A stretch of DNA of 63,318 nt, the filler included, from Sluysia triapertura (Eukaryota): assembly GCA_046118255.1 (NCBI GenBank). It is 5 parts of 5 records of this genome, joined end to end, with 100 filler letters (N's around TTAATTAATTAA, not from the genome) between each part and the next. Parts side by side here need not be neighbours in the genome. Positions count along the whole stretch, not along the records: positions 26,734 to 38,385 come from JBJNIA010182435.1; positions 38,486 to 50,740 come from JBJNIA010125188.1; 3 more parts are not named here. One strand, 5' to 3'. Positions 26,740 through 39,230 of this stretch are shown here, piece after piece. The notes under the pieces were generated by a model. It saw nothing but the letters and a program-made list of their open reading frames with translations, did not search any database and was not told the origin of the DNA. The translations under genes and the position numbers were made by a program. The stretch's first letter is position 1. The number at the start of each line of letters is the position of its first letter.

Positions 26740-27350
26740 GTATTAAGGTTTAAACTGATCAAGATAATAATAGTGAGTCTTAATAATTAACAAGTTTTAA
26801 AGACGCAACACAACGACGAACGTGTCAAGGGAAACCTAACATGTAAGCTTATCTCTCAAGTTGGAATATTTCGTAATATTGAAAGTTCTGGCTGCCTTAA
26901 ATTTCTCATAATCATAAGTCGGCGACTTGTCGTCAATGAGAAAAAGTTTGGAGGAATTGGTACCTTGCGCTTGTATATCAGGTCTTCGATATTTACCAGT
27001 AAGGGAGTTTGCATTTCCATTTTGATTGAGAAGCCCATTTTTAAACATTAGACAATCTTATTATATCTGACTATACGGCCAATGATAGTTCATACTACAT
27101 GGGCAATTGTTTCTTGTTTAAAGCCACACTAGCAACTTATGGGGAGATGCGCCGAATGTTTTGTGAGGAAAAATTAAGCTTAAAAATACTATTCCTATCC
27201 TTAATCATAAAAATCCAACTCTGGTTGTTTAATTGTAAGGAAAACTGGACAAGATGGAGGGCGTTTCATGAAGCATTCGACAAAGCGACTTTGGATTTTG
27301 TCGGATTTCCAAATGTTAGTATTTATGAAACCGACTTAATATAACTTCGT
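26740..27350 (-). mobile_element. C-terminal remnant of an R2/NeSL-like (restriction-like endonuclease) non-LTR retrotransposon
   Basis: WIFMIKDRN, zinc-knuckle C*CGFKQETIAHVV, RYNKIV (RHN motif), RRPDI...LIDDK...KYSNL (PD-D-K endonuclease); disrupted by stops. Confidence 0.8.
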
Positions 27351-27389
27351 TTTCATCAAGTATGTCGCATTTGATATTTAATTTTATTT

Positions 27390-27485
27390 TACTCACTGAA
27401 CTATCAGTCACTTCTAACAATTTTATTTCACTATGGTCAATTATACTATTATTATTCGAATATGGCACTTTAGGCCTTTACCTTG
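27390..27485 (-). mobile_element. Truncated tRNA-containing mini-LTR
   Basis: Minus strand AAAGGCCTAAAGTGCCA...AAATTGTTAGAAGTGACTGATAGTTCAGTG, ending inside the tRNA D-arm. Confidence 0.7.
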
Positions 27486-27867
27486 ACAGAATGAAACTGG
27501 ATATTGCTACCCACATCACTTCTATTTATACTTAATTTCGTTAGAATGTTAATGATTATTTTTGTCAATTTTTGACTTTATTAAACTTTGTTTATATAAG
27601 TGTGTGTTTAAATCTATGTAATGCTCTAACTACCAAATTTCCAATGTACACTGAATCTGAATTAATTGTAAATGATTAGTAAATAAATTAGCAAACAATG
27701 ACAAAACATTATGTTAAAACACATAAGTTAATGCATTGAATTTTTTGATAAAGATTTTAAAAACATTAATTCAAAATCTCTTTAATCATTCCAAATAAAA
27801 TAACGAATTAAATTTTAAGACAAATAATTTATTAAATAAAATCAATCGATGAAAAATGAATCACAAT

Positions 27868-28475
27868 CTAATCACGAATCATTCTTTGTTTACCGAAAGT
27901 CATACCACTTTGATTGGCACCTTTATTAGATCCCATTTGAAGTCCAATCACAGAATCGTTTTTTGCATCAAGACCAGAGAAATCTCTTTTATTCTCTGTG
28001 GCTTGTTTTGGACCTAAACATGGACCATTGTATCCTTTAACTTGACAAGTACGACCTAATGCAAATATCATTTTTGTTACTGAACCAATATCTCTTAATT
28101 CTAACAAATCGATGGTTTGACATAGATCGACCTCAGGAACTCCATATTTAAGCAAAGCATCCAAAAAATTTCCAATATTATCCATCATTTTGAATGGTGC
28201 ATTTGTATTTTCGTTAATTTTTTTAACAGAACCACATTCAATTTTGTTGATCAATCTAAATATGACAAATGAAATTTGATTTAAATAAAAATGTACTGGC
28301 AAAGAATAACTCCATTTTGTAAAAGATTTTCATAACCAATACTTCTATCAAGACTTTTGCCGAGAATTTTTTCAATCCATTGTAAAACTTGTTCTTCTTG
28401 TTCAGGATCTCGTTTTTCTGCTATTTTCTTTGATAATTCAATTTTAATTCCACTGGGAGGAGCTCGGTAAGACAT
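27868..28475 (-). CDS. Myophilin/transgelin/MP20-like calponin-homology protein (188 aa, 2 exons)
   Basis: Exons 28297-28475 and 27868-28255, 41-nt GT-AG intron, in-frame splice (ILCQ/LINK); CH domain plus C-terminal calponin repeat IGLQMGSNKGANQSGMTFGKQRMI. Confidence 0.93.
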
Positions 28476-28895
28476 TTTAATTGATTGTTTCTAATGTGAT
28501 TTTAATAGTGAATTTTCTATATTTATACTAATAAAGTATGAATAATAAATTAATAATAGTTTTCCTTAAATGGAAATATGAAAATTATGCTGTTGCATAC
28601 TTTTTTAACATGTATTTATAAACCTATTTTTAAAATTTATATTTATATTTTGAAATATTACTCAGCATTTTTTAATATTATTATTAATATTAAGTTTTAT
28701 TAATATTAATATTATTATTAACTTTTATAATAACAAGTCTTGTTAAAATAATTGTAACTATTGTTAAATTATATGCAAAAGTTTTGAAATTGTTATATGT
28801 ATCTTTAATTTTTACTTTGGGAGTTAAATTAATAGCTAATTAATATTGTATATTGAATTATTTTTGTAAAAACAATATTGTATTTTTATTAAATT

Positions 28896-31800
28896 ATGGA
28901 TTCCTATCCTTTCGGAAATAAAATTAAGTGTTTAACTGATACTCTTAAAGATGCGTCTCAAAATATCAGAGCATTAGATAACTTTTTACTTTCTTCGCCA
29001 CCTAGGTCAAGAAATTACGAAGATTTGTGTTATTCATCAGAAAATATACCTTTTGAATCAAATGGACTTCGACGTCAAAATGAAACTGCTAAATCTCTTT
29101 CGAAAATCGAAACTAGTTTAGATCAGTTACTTAACAATCAATCTAAACTAGATTTACGTGTTCGTAAAATGACTGATATAGCGAACAAATCTTGTTCTAA
29201 TAATCAAAGAAAGTAATTAATTTTATTTTAACATAAATATTTTAATTTAAAGCATATATTCGTATGATTTTGAAAAATTTCCACGATCATCTTCAGTACC
29301 TATTGATAGTGAAATAATTACAGCGAATGTTGATAAGTGTTTACGTGAAGCACAAGAAAATTTAAAGAAAGAACGAATAGTTTTAGATAAACGAAAATCA
29401 TTATCGAATAATAAAACGATTTTAGAAATATCTCCTCAATTAAAAAGCGCTTTAGAAGATACAAAATATTGTAAAACTAATGAAGAATTTTCTAAATTAT
29501 GTTTTGATAATAAATCCAAGGAATCACAATTAGAAAAGTTAACTAAAACTATTAATAAATTAGAAACGGATAATCGAGTTTTGAAATTCGAAATTGAAGA
29601 TTTAACGAGAAATCTAGCGGAGGAAAAAGGTGGAAAATCAACTTTACAAAATCAATTAAACACGGTTAATTATCAAGTTAGTTGTTTAACTGTAGGGTTG
29701 ACATTGAGTAAGGTATTTTTTAAAATTATCAATAATCGTGATCATTAATTACTGCAAAAAATTCATAATAAGAGCATTTTTTAACATAAAACAATATTAA
29801 TGAAACAATTTTCCTACATTAACATTGTCATTTTCTCTTTTTTATGCTGTCCAGTGCATAAACAAGCACGTACCAAGTTTGAATTTATTGCTCTATGTAT
29901 AGCTCATTTTGCTACTTAAGTCTAATTTATTCTAGCAACTGAAGTTAGGGAAAATTTTATTTTCTGACTCGAGTTGTTACAATTAACATAATAGCACTTG
30001 ACCTTCAGAAATTATGTTTGACATCAAAGAATGATGCGTGAATATCGTTGTTTCTACGTATTACAAATTGCACTGATGTGTAATTACGTAATTTTGTGAT
30101 ATTAAGAGTTTATTGTACAATTTTTATGGATTTAAGAATTTGTTATTGGGATTCAGCTTTTATTTATATTGTATTAATGTAATTGGATTGCACAAATAAT
30201 GTGCTTTTAGACGTTCAAATGAAAGATATATAACATTCTTGTCAATTTCATCTTTTAGATTTATGCAAGTCAGGGTTAAGACTTCGAATGATATAAAAAA
30301 TAATTTTATGTTTAAAATTTTGCTGACGATATCATAGTTTATTATTAAAATTTTCATTTGGATTAATGATAATAAGAAAATTAATCAAATTTATCAATGG
30401 ACTTAAGGTCCGTATAAAAAAACTTATGCATTCGTTAGAAGCGCCTTTAAAAGTTTTCTGTCCCAAAAATATTTGTTTATTAATATAAAATTTAAACATC
30501 AAATTAAAAGCAAGAGTTATAAAACACAAATATTTACCGTTGATTAAGGTACAATGCACAAAGCCTTTTGAATATATGTATTGCAATCTATTAATGACTT
30601 GTTATGCAATCTTGGATACAGTTTTCAAACACATTTTCGACCACAACATTGAAATATATGTTCTAAGTTTCAATTTCATCTTGCAAAATTCGATAAACTA
30701 AAGATTCGTAAAGTTTTCTTGGGTTCCAAATATATAACCACTTTAAAAAACGGAACCCAATCAACGGAGGATCAAATCCATTAATTAAAACATCTGATTT
30801 TTCTAAGTTACGTATTATAATCCTGGATCTAGGTTATAGTAGTTGGATGTATCATGCAAACTCTTAACGAGACTGGAGCTACTCGGTAGGTTAAATGAGC
30901 ATATATTATCACGACAATCATTAACAAAACTTCGTATATCACATTTAATTAGATGAAAATTAACATATTTCAATATCACAACCACACTACTAAATTCACG
31001 TAAATCATCTCAAATTTTATTGTTCCATAATTTCTAGATGGAAATGTATTGTAAGATCATGTATAAATCCATTACGTAGTACCTGAATACTTGACACCCT
31101 TATATGCCATTAGTATCAGCATCACTCATTTTTTAAGATATTAGGGCGAGAAGTGTTTCCCATCTTTTGAGCATATTTTTGTAATATATCAGCTTTAATT
31201 CTATAAGTTGCTTTGTTATTACTATTAAAATTATTAGCAGGTTTCAAGTCCCACAGAATATCTGAAACATAAAAAGAACGAATATGATCACCAGAAAGTG
31301 CTTAGATGATATTATATGATTGATACATGTTTGGCACTGTTCCATTCGAAGATCAAAAGATGTGTCTGGTTCGCAAGTAAATGTAACAGGATCAACGCAT
31401 ACTTTACTAATTTTGAACCTCATGTAAGGCTCTCTGCATTCCAAGAAGTTGTCTGATAAATTTCTGATACATTCGTCTTCATATGTTCACTTCCTTTGAC
31501 AATCGAACTGCGCTAACCATGGCCCAATTTTCATACTTAAGTCAGCATTGCGACTAATGTATCATTCAGCATTGTTTGGATATTTAATTCTAATTAGCCA
31601 TGCATCTATACAAATCAATACAACTAACCAGTGTGTCTCTTCATATCCGTACTGTCATTAAAGGCCATTTTTCTAATTTTGTATCATCATTGTAATAATC
31701 ATATCATTTTTACGGAGATACAACAAATATTCTAATTCACCACAACATTGATATACGTATTCCACAATAAGAAATACCTTCGCTACTCGAAACTTCAAAT

Positions 31801-34800
31801 TTTCGTTAATTTATTTTGTCTATATTAATAGTCAAAGTAACATTAATAAAACAGAATAATTTTGGAAAAATAAAACAGAAATAAAAAATTAACACAAAAA
31901 TTTCTTTAGGGAGTGATCCCATTGAAAGTTTTGTTTGATTATTCAGTGAATATTGGATTTGAAATTTAATGGAGTTAGATGGAACGTTTATTAAATTGCT
32001 GAATGTATCACTAGTTACGTGTTTTTGACAGATGCATTAGATTGATTTATAATTATTTCGAAAATTAATAACTCGCTAATATTAGTTACTATGTAAACGT
32101 GCAAAATGTTAAACTGAAACACGAAAATATTCATAAAAACTATCTAGTTTGATTCTATCTAGTTTGTAGAAATCATCATTATTCTCATTTAACTTAGAAT
32201 CGTCATCACCATTATTCGAGTTGCAGAAACCATAATTATTTTCACCTTCACCTTCACCTTCACATTTAACTTGGATTTGTCATACTTACTTACGTTGAAT
32301 GAGATGCATTTGTATAGCACGAATGAGTGACTTCTGGTCGTCATTGTTGAGTTCGTTTGTTCAATTTTCTCGTTTTGAAATTTTTTTATCTAGTTTTTAC
32401 CCAAAATCTTTTTCTAATTTTTTTTCCTTTAGTTTGTTTTTTGACCACCATGTTTTTGATCTTTTTATTTGTGTTTAGTATAATTTTTATTGGCTTTAAT
32501 CAATGTAGTAATATTAAAAATAAAATAAAATTCAGGTATATTTTTATAAAATCATTGTAGTGAACTCCAGATCAAATTATAATAATAATCACAAGCAAAC
32601 ACCAACACAATTAACACATCTTACATTCTAATAATATCATATTTAGTTAAATCTTACATGTTGTAAGACTTATCTTGGGTCTATTCCTTTACTTAAGTAC
32701 GTATGCATGTTTATATATGTGCATGTGTGTATATATTACTATTATTATGTAGTCATCATTATATTTTGTGTTTTTAATTTTAGTAAATTGAAATTAACTT
32801 GTAATTTGAATGATAAATATAAAATATTTGCTTTTTAAATTATTTCTTTATGGTTTTATTTTTGTTTTTTTTAGAAAAACTTTGCAATATTTTTATATTT
32901 ACATGTAAAATTCAAGCTATTTTGATCCTATATTGTGTATACATTCTTAATTTCAGATCATGTTTTTAATACGTTGTGCTTTCAATAAATTCCTTGTTTG
33001 ATAGTAAAAAGAATTTATTAGTAATTGATTTAAGTCAATACTATTCGAAAATTTCATCAGTAGCACACAAATTTATATATGTTTATTGCAGCTTATTATC
33101 AGTAGCATTTTAATCTCGCTGCGTAAATCATAAAATTAAAATATGCCTAAAGTTTGTTTGCAAAAAATAGCGAAACAAAACTATATTTTAAAGTAAATAA
33201 TCGAAGAATTATAATTGAACTAACCATATCTAATGCACATTTAAAAATATTAGTGATTTTTATATTTATTTTTTATTATTATTCTTTATTAATTTTATTA
33301 TTTATTAATTATTAGCTAATGACAAACAATAGTGGCTAATATTTAGTAAAATTATTACTATTATATTATTACAAAATTATAATAATTATTACTTAATATG
33401 ATCATGAATACAATAGTAATGTCGTATGTATTTTACTAAATGTATTTCACTTTTCGTATTAATATCATATATATAAGAACAAACTTGAAAATGTTAATCA
33501 TGTTGTAAAATCTCATTACACTGTTCTTATTGCTAGTGTATGTTAATATTCCAGCCACGATATTTTGACGAGTGAAATAAAATCAAATGGGAAATGTTAC
33601 ACACTGATTTGAATTTTAAAAAAGATTGGATAAAAATTTAGGCAATTTCACATAAATGAAATCATTTAAAAATAACAGTAAATTAGCGATTTGATGAAAC
33701 TTAAAATTGATTGGAACAAACACATTACTTAATCCTAGGACTACCATTGGATGATAAATTTATCTTATTTATTATGCATCATATGTAGAGACATGCATAC
33801 AGAAAATGCTGATTCATTTCATTCTGTACTAAATAATTGTTAATAATAAATCAGTAATTATGGGGCGATATATTTATGTACATTCATTATTTAGAATGCA
33901 TGATTTATTGAACTAAACATAACCTAATCTTTCAGCCACATCAAAAAATTGACTTTCAAAAAATAAGTTTGTTATTTTTAATTATAATTTTCTGTTTAGA
34001 TGTGTGTGCCGCAAAAATTTTTGGTTGTGTCGTGAAAATTAATTGAAAATAGTTAATTGAAAAATATTGGTGTGTAAAACTGGCACACATTTGCACATTT
34101 TAACTATTTAAATGCAGTAAAAAAATAACGAATAATCGAATAAACATTTATTCATAAAACAAATAAAATAAATTTTTCATACTTGGTTTTTCTGAGCTTC
34201 CAAATTGAGGAAAAATAAATCTGATGAATACTAAAGTTGTATAAATAGCCAGATTTTACTGTTATGACATCAGTCTCCAAACGCTGCCATTGGATTATAA
34301 TGGATTAGTGGATAGGCATTTTTTAGTTATTACAAGATTTTTATTTTAAGTTATAAATTTAATCTTACAAAACAAACTGAAGGTCAAGTTCACTTAATAA
34401 GCACGATTTATATCAACGTAGAAGGCGCGTTATTAAGTTGTAGAAATAAGAATTATTTTAGTATGAGTTAACTTAATGGTTGTATGTAACTCGTACTAAG
34501 TTACGATATAAGAGTTATTTTTAATATGGGTTAAACTAGCCGTCTTACGATCTAGTATGTAAAATCAATTTAAACTAGCCTTTGTACTGTCTAGTATTAG
34601 TTTAGTTAAATTAGCCTTAACGGTCTAGTAACTGTTTATATGAATTTTATTGAACGTTAAAAAGATTTAACTAACCTTTTTACGGTCTAGTATATACTTT
34701 TATTATTTTTAAATATCATAATAATAATAAATAGATAATCTTAGACAGTATATTAATTAAATTTTTACATTTGAAATAAAATAAAGGTCATAGAAAAAAT

Positions 34801-37800
34801 ACAATAATAATATATACTTTAAGCAATACTTAAGGAGATTACAATATACCTTAGTAATACAAAATTTAATTAAAAATTGATCTAGCCTTTTACGTCCAGA
34901 ATAAAAATTAATAAAATTTGAGTAAGATTTTATAATCTCCTAAATTATAGTGAGACTTATTAACAATGAAACTACTTGAGCACGGAAGTTCAAGTGAGAT
35001 TGAAATTTGAAAATGAAATTATAGTTATGGAGTCAAAATTTCCTTTTCTCTTTATACAGAAATTTGAGCAGCCATATTACTTGTTTTTATTTTGATGAAT
35101 TTAAACAAAATAAAATTTTTTAAATGAAATTATTTTAGTTATTTTATTTATTATATAAAATATAAATTAATTATTTTATTTTAAAACTTAAAAATAAAAA
35201 TAATAAAACAAAACCCAACTTATAATAAAAATAACTCAACATTAGACTAATTTTCTATATCAAATATAAGATTGCCAAATGTCAGTTTTGTATAATTGAG
35301 TTTCAATAGGCAATTTTGTAAATTTACTGAGCTTTTTGTATTTGACAAATATCATTGATTTTTTTATTCCAAAATATATATTGGAATAACAAATATAAAA
35401 TGCGTAACAGGAATTATCAAATAATTAAAAAATGATTAATGTTTTTACTTATGAAAAATCAAAATATTTTATTTATTTACTATAACAAATAGTATATGAA
35501 AGTTTAAAAATCGATATTAAAATCTATTGAAACCATTATTCATTGTAATTCTTAATTTCAACAATCTGTATTAAATTCTAAACAAATTTAGTTAAGTTTG
35601 AAGTGATTAAAAAAGATGTCGTATATGTTTTATGAGATAGTGATAAGGATTAAAAAGCAACTTTATGATTTTATTTTTTGCATGTTTATTTGATGTGATT
35701 TAAGCAAAATTTGAATTGTATTATAATTTAAAAATAACTAACAAATTGCACATACATTATGATTAATTTTGATGTTGGAGGGAGATATTTTTCATAACAT
35801 ATGAAAAAATGTTAACAATTCTATTATATTTTATTAAAATATTGTAATTCAGTAGCAATAAATAAATAAATAAATTAATAATAATGATAATCATTACATA
35901 TAGATATGCAAACTTGAAGATGCTTTAGAAGATGCTAAGAAACTTTCAGAAGAACAACAAAGCAACGAAGATACATTAAAAAGAAAATTAGGTTTAGTGT
36001 ACATTTTTATAAACTTAAGTTTTGAAATACAACTTTTAATTAATATTAATTAATTTAATGAAACGTTTAGCACAAAAGAAGACAGATTTATAAAAGCAAG
36101 GAAAAGTGGGAAAGAAAAATCATATGTCAAGTATCATATCCAATTCAGAAATATTTCTTCATTTGTTTTTTCCAAATTAGTAGAATAATTATTCGAGCAA
36201 AATATACATACTTGTATTAACACAATTTCTACCACGATTTTGTGTACATGTTGGGATACAGGCCTAAAGTGCCATGTAATATAATGGACTATAGTAATCT
36301 AACAATTGTTAGACGGGGCTGATAGCTTAGTGGGTAAAGCATCGAACTGCGCAGCGAGAGGTCCTGGGTTCGATCACCGGCCAGTCCATTTTATGAAGTC
36401 TAACATTTGATGAGCCAACGCATAGAATACCATTCTGATGCTGAATTAAATGATATATAAGATGTTTGAGGTCAGACATAATTGAATTGGGTGAGATATG
36501 TTGAGATATGTTAGTCGGGGCTGATAGTTCAGTGGATATAATTTAACTATGCTACAGTGCAGTAAGAGGTCCCGGGTTCGTTCCCCGGTCAGTCCATTTT
36601 ATGAAGTCTAACATATACCTATTTTTGTACCAGGTACATGTATTTAGATCTAGGATGAGCTGAGGGAAAATTATATCGCTAAATAGATTTAACAATTATT
36701 ATACAAAAAGTCAAAAAATGCATTGAGAAAAAATGGTTAAACTTAGAAAATAATTTCAAATCAAAATGCTAAAAGGTGTCTTTTGACATCTTTGATAGAA
36801 ATAATGTTAATTAATCAATTAATGAATATGGTGAAGATGTGTGTGTATGTGCGTATTATATCGTTGAATAATAAATTATCACTTTTATTTTATATAATTT
36901 CAACAAAATATGCGGCAATTCAAGCTTTTCAATAACCACAAATAATTTTCACAAATTATAAATTTTGATTTTTCTTGACCTTTTGTGTATATGTGTGTGT
37001 GGTTTATAATACATTATGGTCAATAACCTTTCAATTTCCATTATAATCAATTTAAATATGTAATAATTTATAAGAATCGTATTTTGTACTATGACTATAT
37101 ATTTTTCATATTAGTATTCATTTTTTAGCAGATTTTTCATCTCCGACTACTTTTAATCTATAAATGCTTTTTGAATACTAATTAAGTGTCAGAAATTATT
37201 GTCTTCTTTCTGATTTCTGCCTTATTTAAAAATGTTTCTGATTGCCTTTTTGTGTTTATAATATTGTTCCATTTGTTAGCCAATAGAAAATGATTCTACA
37301 ATTCAATCAAATGATTGCAATAATATAGTAATTTCATTGTTGTTTTATTGTGGCCAATAATTATTTACATTTTCGATAAATCCGAACTTCTCTAAAAGTA
37401 ATTTCAATTTCTTCCACGCATTATTTTGTTATAATAATGGTTTGGCCATATTATAATTAATTAAATTAATTTTTAGTTTGTATAATTCTAAAATTAGCCT
37501 TTAAATTTTTATAATTTTAGAAAACTTTCAACGAAATCAAGAAAAACTCAGTCACATAACTCGTGAAAATGAAGAATTGCGTAAACGACCAATGTCTTGT
37601 GATCATTATCGAGAAATCGATCAATTAAAAAATCACAAAGAAAAACAAGAACGTCAGATTTTGGATTTAAAAAATCAGGTACATTTTATTGTACTTATAA
37701 ATATCAATAGTATATATTTTGTTAAAAAATGACTTGTTCTAGCTAGAAGATAAAGATCGTATTTCATCACAACAACAAATTCAAATCAATAAATTATTGG

Positions 37801-38064
37801 ATGAAATTCGAGATCATCAGGCTCAAATAAGTCGACAAACCAGACGAATTGAAGAAACAGATCAAAAAATAGTACAATTGGAACGAGAAAATCGTCAAAA
37901 AGATAAACAATTATTGGATTTGAAACGAGAAATTGAAAAAATGGAGTATCAAACTATTGAGCATGAAGCAGATAAAAATCGTGGCTATGCATTACGTGAT
38001 GATAAAGTTGAAAGGTGTGTAATTTATTTACTTTTTATTGTTTAGGATTTCTAATAATCAATGA
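28896..38064 (+). CDS. Multi-exon coiled-coil protein, CEP128-like
   Basis: Phase-compatible exons 28896-29212, 29253-29676, 35904-35991, 37521-37678, 37743-38014, then 38046 onward (stop ~38064, 3' end uncertain); E/K/Q-rich heptads; N-terminal KIKCLTDTLKDASQNIRALDNFL resembles the CEP128 N-terminal motif as recalled (gene structure more secure than the name). Confidence 0.7.
31244..31870 (-). pseudogene. Possible decayed Cys-rich surface protein with hydrophobic C-terminus, inside the long intron of the coiled-coil gene
   Basis: ORF 31244-31444 has several Cys and a hydrophobic tail; the same frame extends upstream through stops. Confidence 0.3.
34530..34695 (+). repeat. Array of four palindromic TTAAACTAGCC-n-ACGGTCTAGTA units
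   Basis: Units at ~34531, ~34570, ~34607, ~34667; partial fifth at ~34880. Confidence 0.7.
36249..36613 (+). mobile_element. Two-LTR miniature retrotransposon with tRNA-like LTRs (Helenus-like TRIM)
   Basis: LTR1 36249-36405 (TGTTGGG...GTCTAACA); PBS-like TGATGAGCCAAC at 36408; ~90-bp non-coding interior; purine-rich GGGTGAGATA; LTR2 36499-36613 with internal deletion; flanks TACA/TATA. Confidence 0.8.
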
Positions 38065-38284
38065 GTAATAAAAATTGCAAGTAAAAAAAGGTTTATAGAA
38101 ACGATTGATTCTAATTGTGAATTGTGTAGAAAAAGATGATTATTTTGATAAAAAATATATGACAAAAGCATACTGGTGTGAGGTGGGTTATAACACAAAC
38201 TTATGGAACAATTGACAGTCGTTTTTAAGGCGATGAAAAAAATAAATTTTGTAAACAATAAATAACAAATTCGCATTCAATTAA

Positions 38285-38385
38285 CCCTTTCAGCCCCGGG
38301 ACCGCCACATGGCGTCAATGGCGATTTTTTCTCTTACACAACTGCTATGCAAGATCCTACTAAAGTAATACGAAGAGCATAATTT
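38285..38385 (+). mobile_element. piggyBac-type left end running into the spacer
   Basis: TTAA|CCCTTTCAGCCCCGGGACCGCCACATGGCGTC, a GC-rich terminus after TTAA. Confidence 0.6.
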
Positions 38386-38485
38386 NNNNNNNNNNNNNNN
38401 NNNNNNNNNNNNNNNNNNNNNNNNNNNNNTTAATTAATTAANNNNNNNNNNNNNNNNNNNNNNNNNNNNNNNNNNNNNNNNNNNN
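38386..38485. other. Assembly spacer
   Basis: N run with TTAATTAATTAA linker. Confidence 0.97.
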
Positions 38486-38623
38486 GTAACTTAAATAATA
38501 TATAATATACATTAATCTAAATAAATTATAATATACTAAAATTACAATAATTTATTATTAATATTACCTTTAGTCCGCCGTGATCACCTTCTCCGACTTT
38601 ATCAATAACATTTTTAATGATAA

Positions 38624-39230
38624 TGCTGGGGTTGGTAAAGGATAAAGGTAGATGTAAGGGTCAAGACTAAGGATAACATAATAAGTTCAACATTATTAAA
38701 GAATTAAGATGAGGCATTATGAAGAACTGTAATTGTAGGATAAGCATATAAAATATTTAAATCGAAATAAAATAATGAGAAATACGAAGAAAAGAACCCT
38801 TTAAAAGGTTTTATTTGGTAAAATATTAAAGTACATTTGTTAATTAATTTTAATTAAAATTTGTTTAATTTGATAACTCAGTAAAAACGTTTGCTCATTA
38901 TAAAGTGATATTGAATTTAGTATATAACATTGAGTTTTATTAATCTTTTTAATGATGAAGTATGTAAATAATGTAAAAATTAGTTACTTTAATTAATTTT
39001 TATAATTTAAAATTGAAGCTTAATATGTTCCGATGTCTAAGTATTAATAAAGTATATATCAAATTAATGCTTATAGAGAAACAAATTCAAATGCGTTATT
39101 GACGCACAGCGTATTAATGCGGAATACTCTTGTGAGAAATAAATTCATTATTTCATTAATTTTATCTTTAAATTAAATTGACAAATTATGCTATTATTTT
39201 AAAAGCAATGTAACAATGATTTTAAATTTT
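38624..39230 (+). repeat. Dispersed ~600-bp repeat F, copy 1 (TG start)
   Basis: Colinear with 44067-44640, e.g. AAATATTAAAGTACATTTGTTAATTAATTT in both. Confidence 0.8.

Noticed and set aside
34530-34695. CRISPR array
   Set aside because: Eukaryotic context, degenerate repeats, irregular short spacers, no cas genes
36071-36130. Extra exon of the coiled-coil gene
   Set aside because: Gives an in-frame TAA, whereas exon 35904-35991 splices in phase directly to 37521
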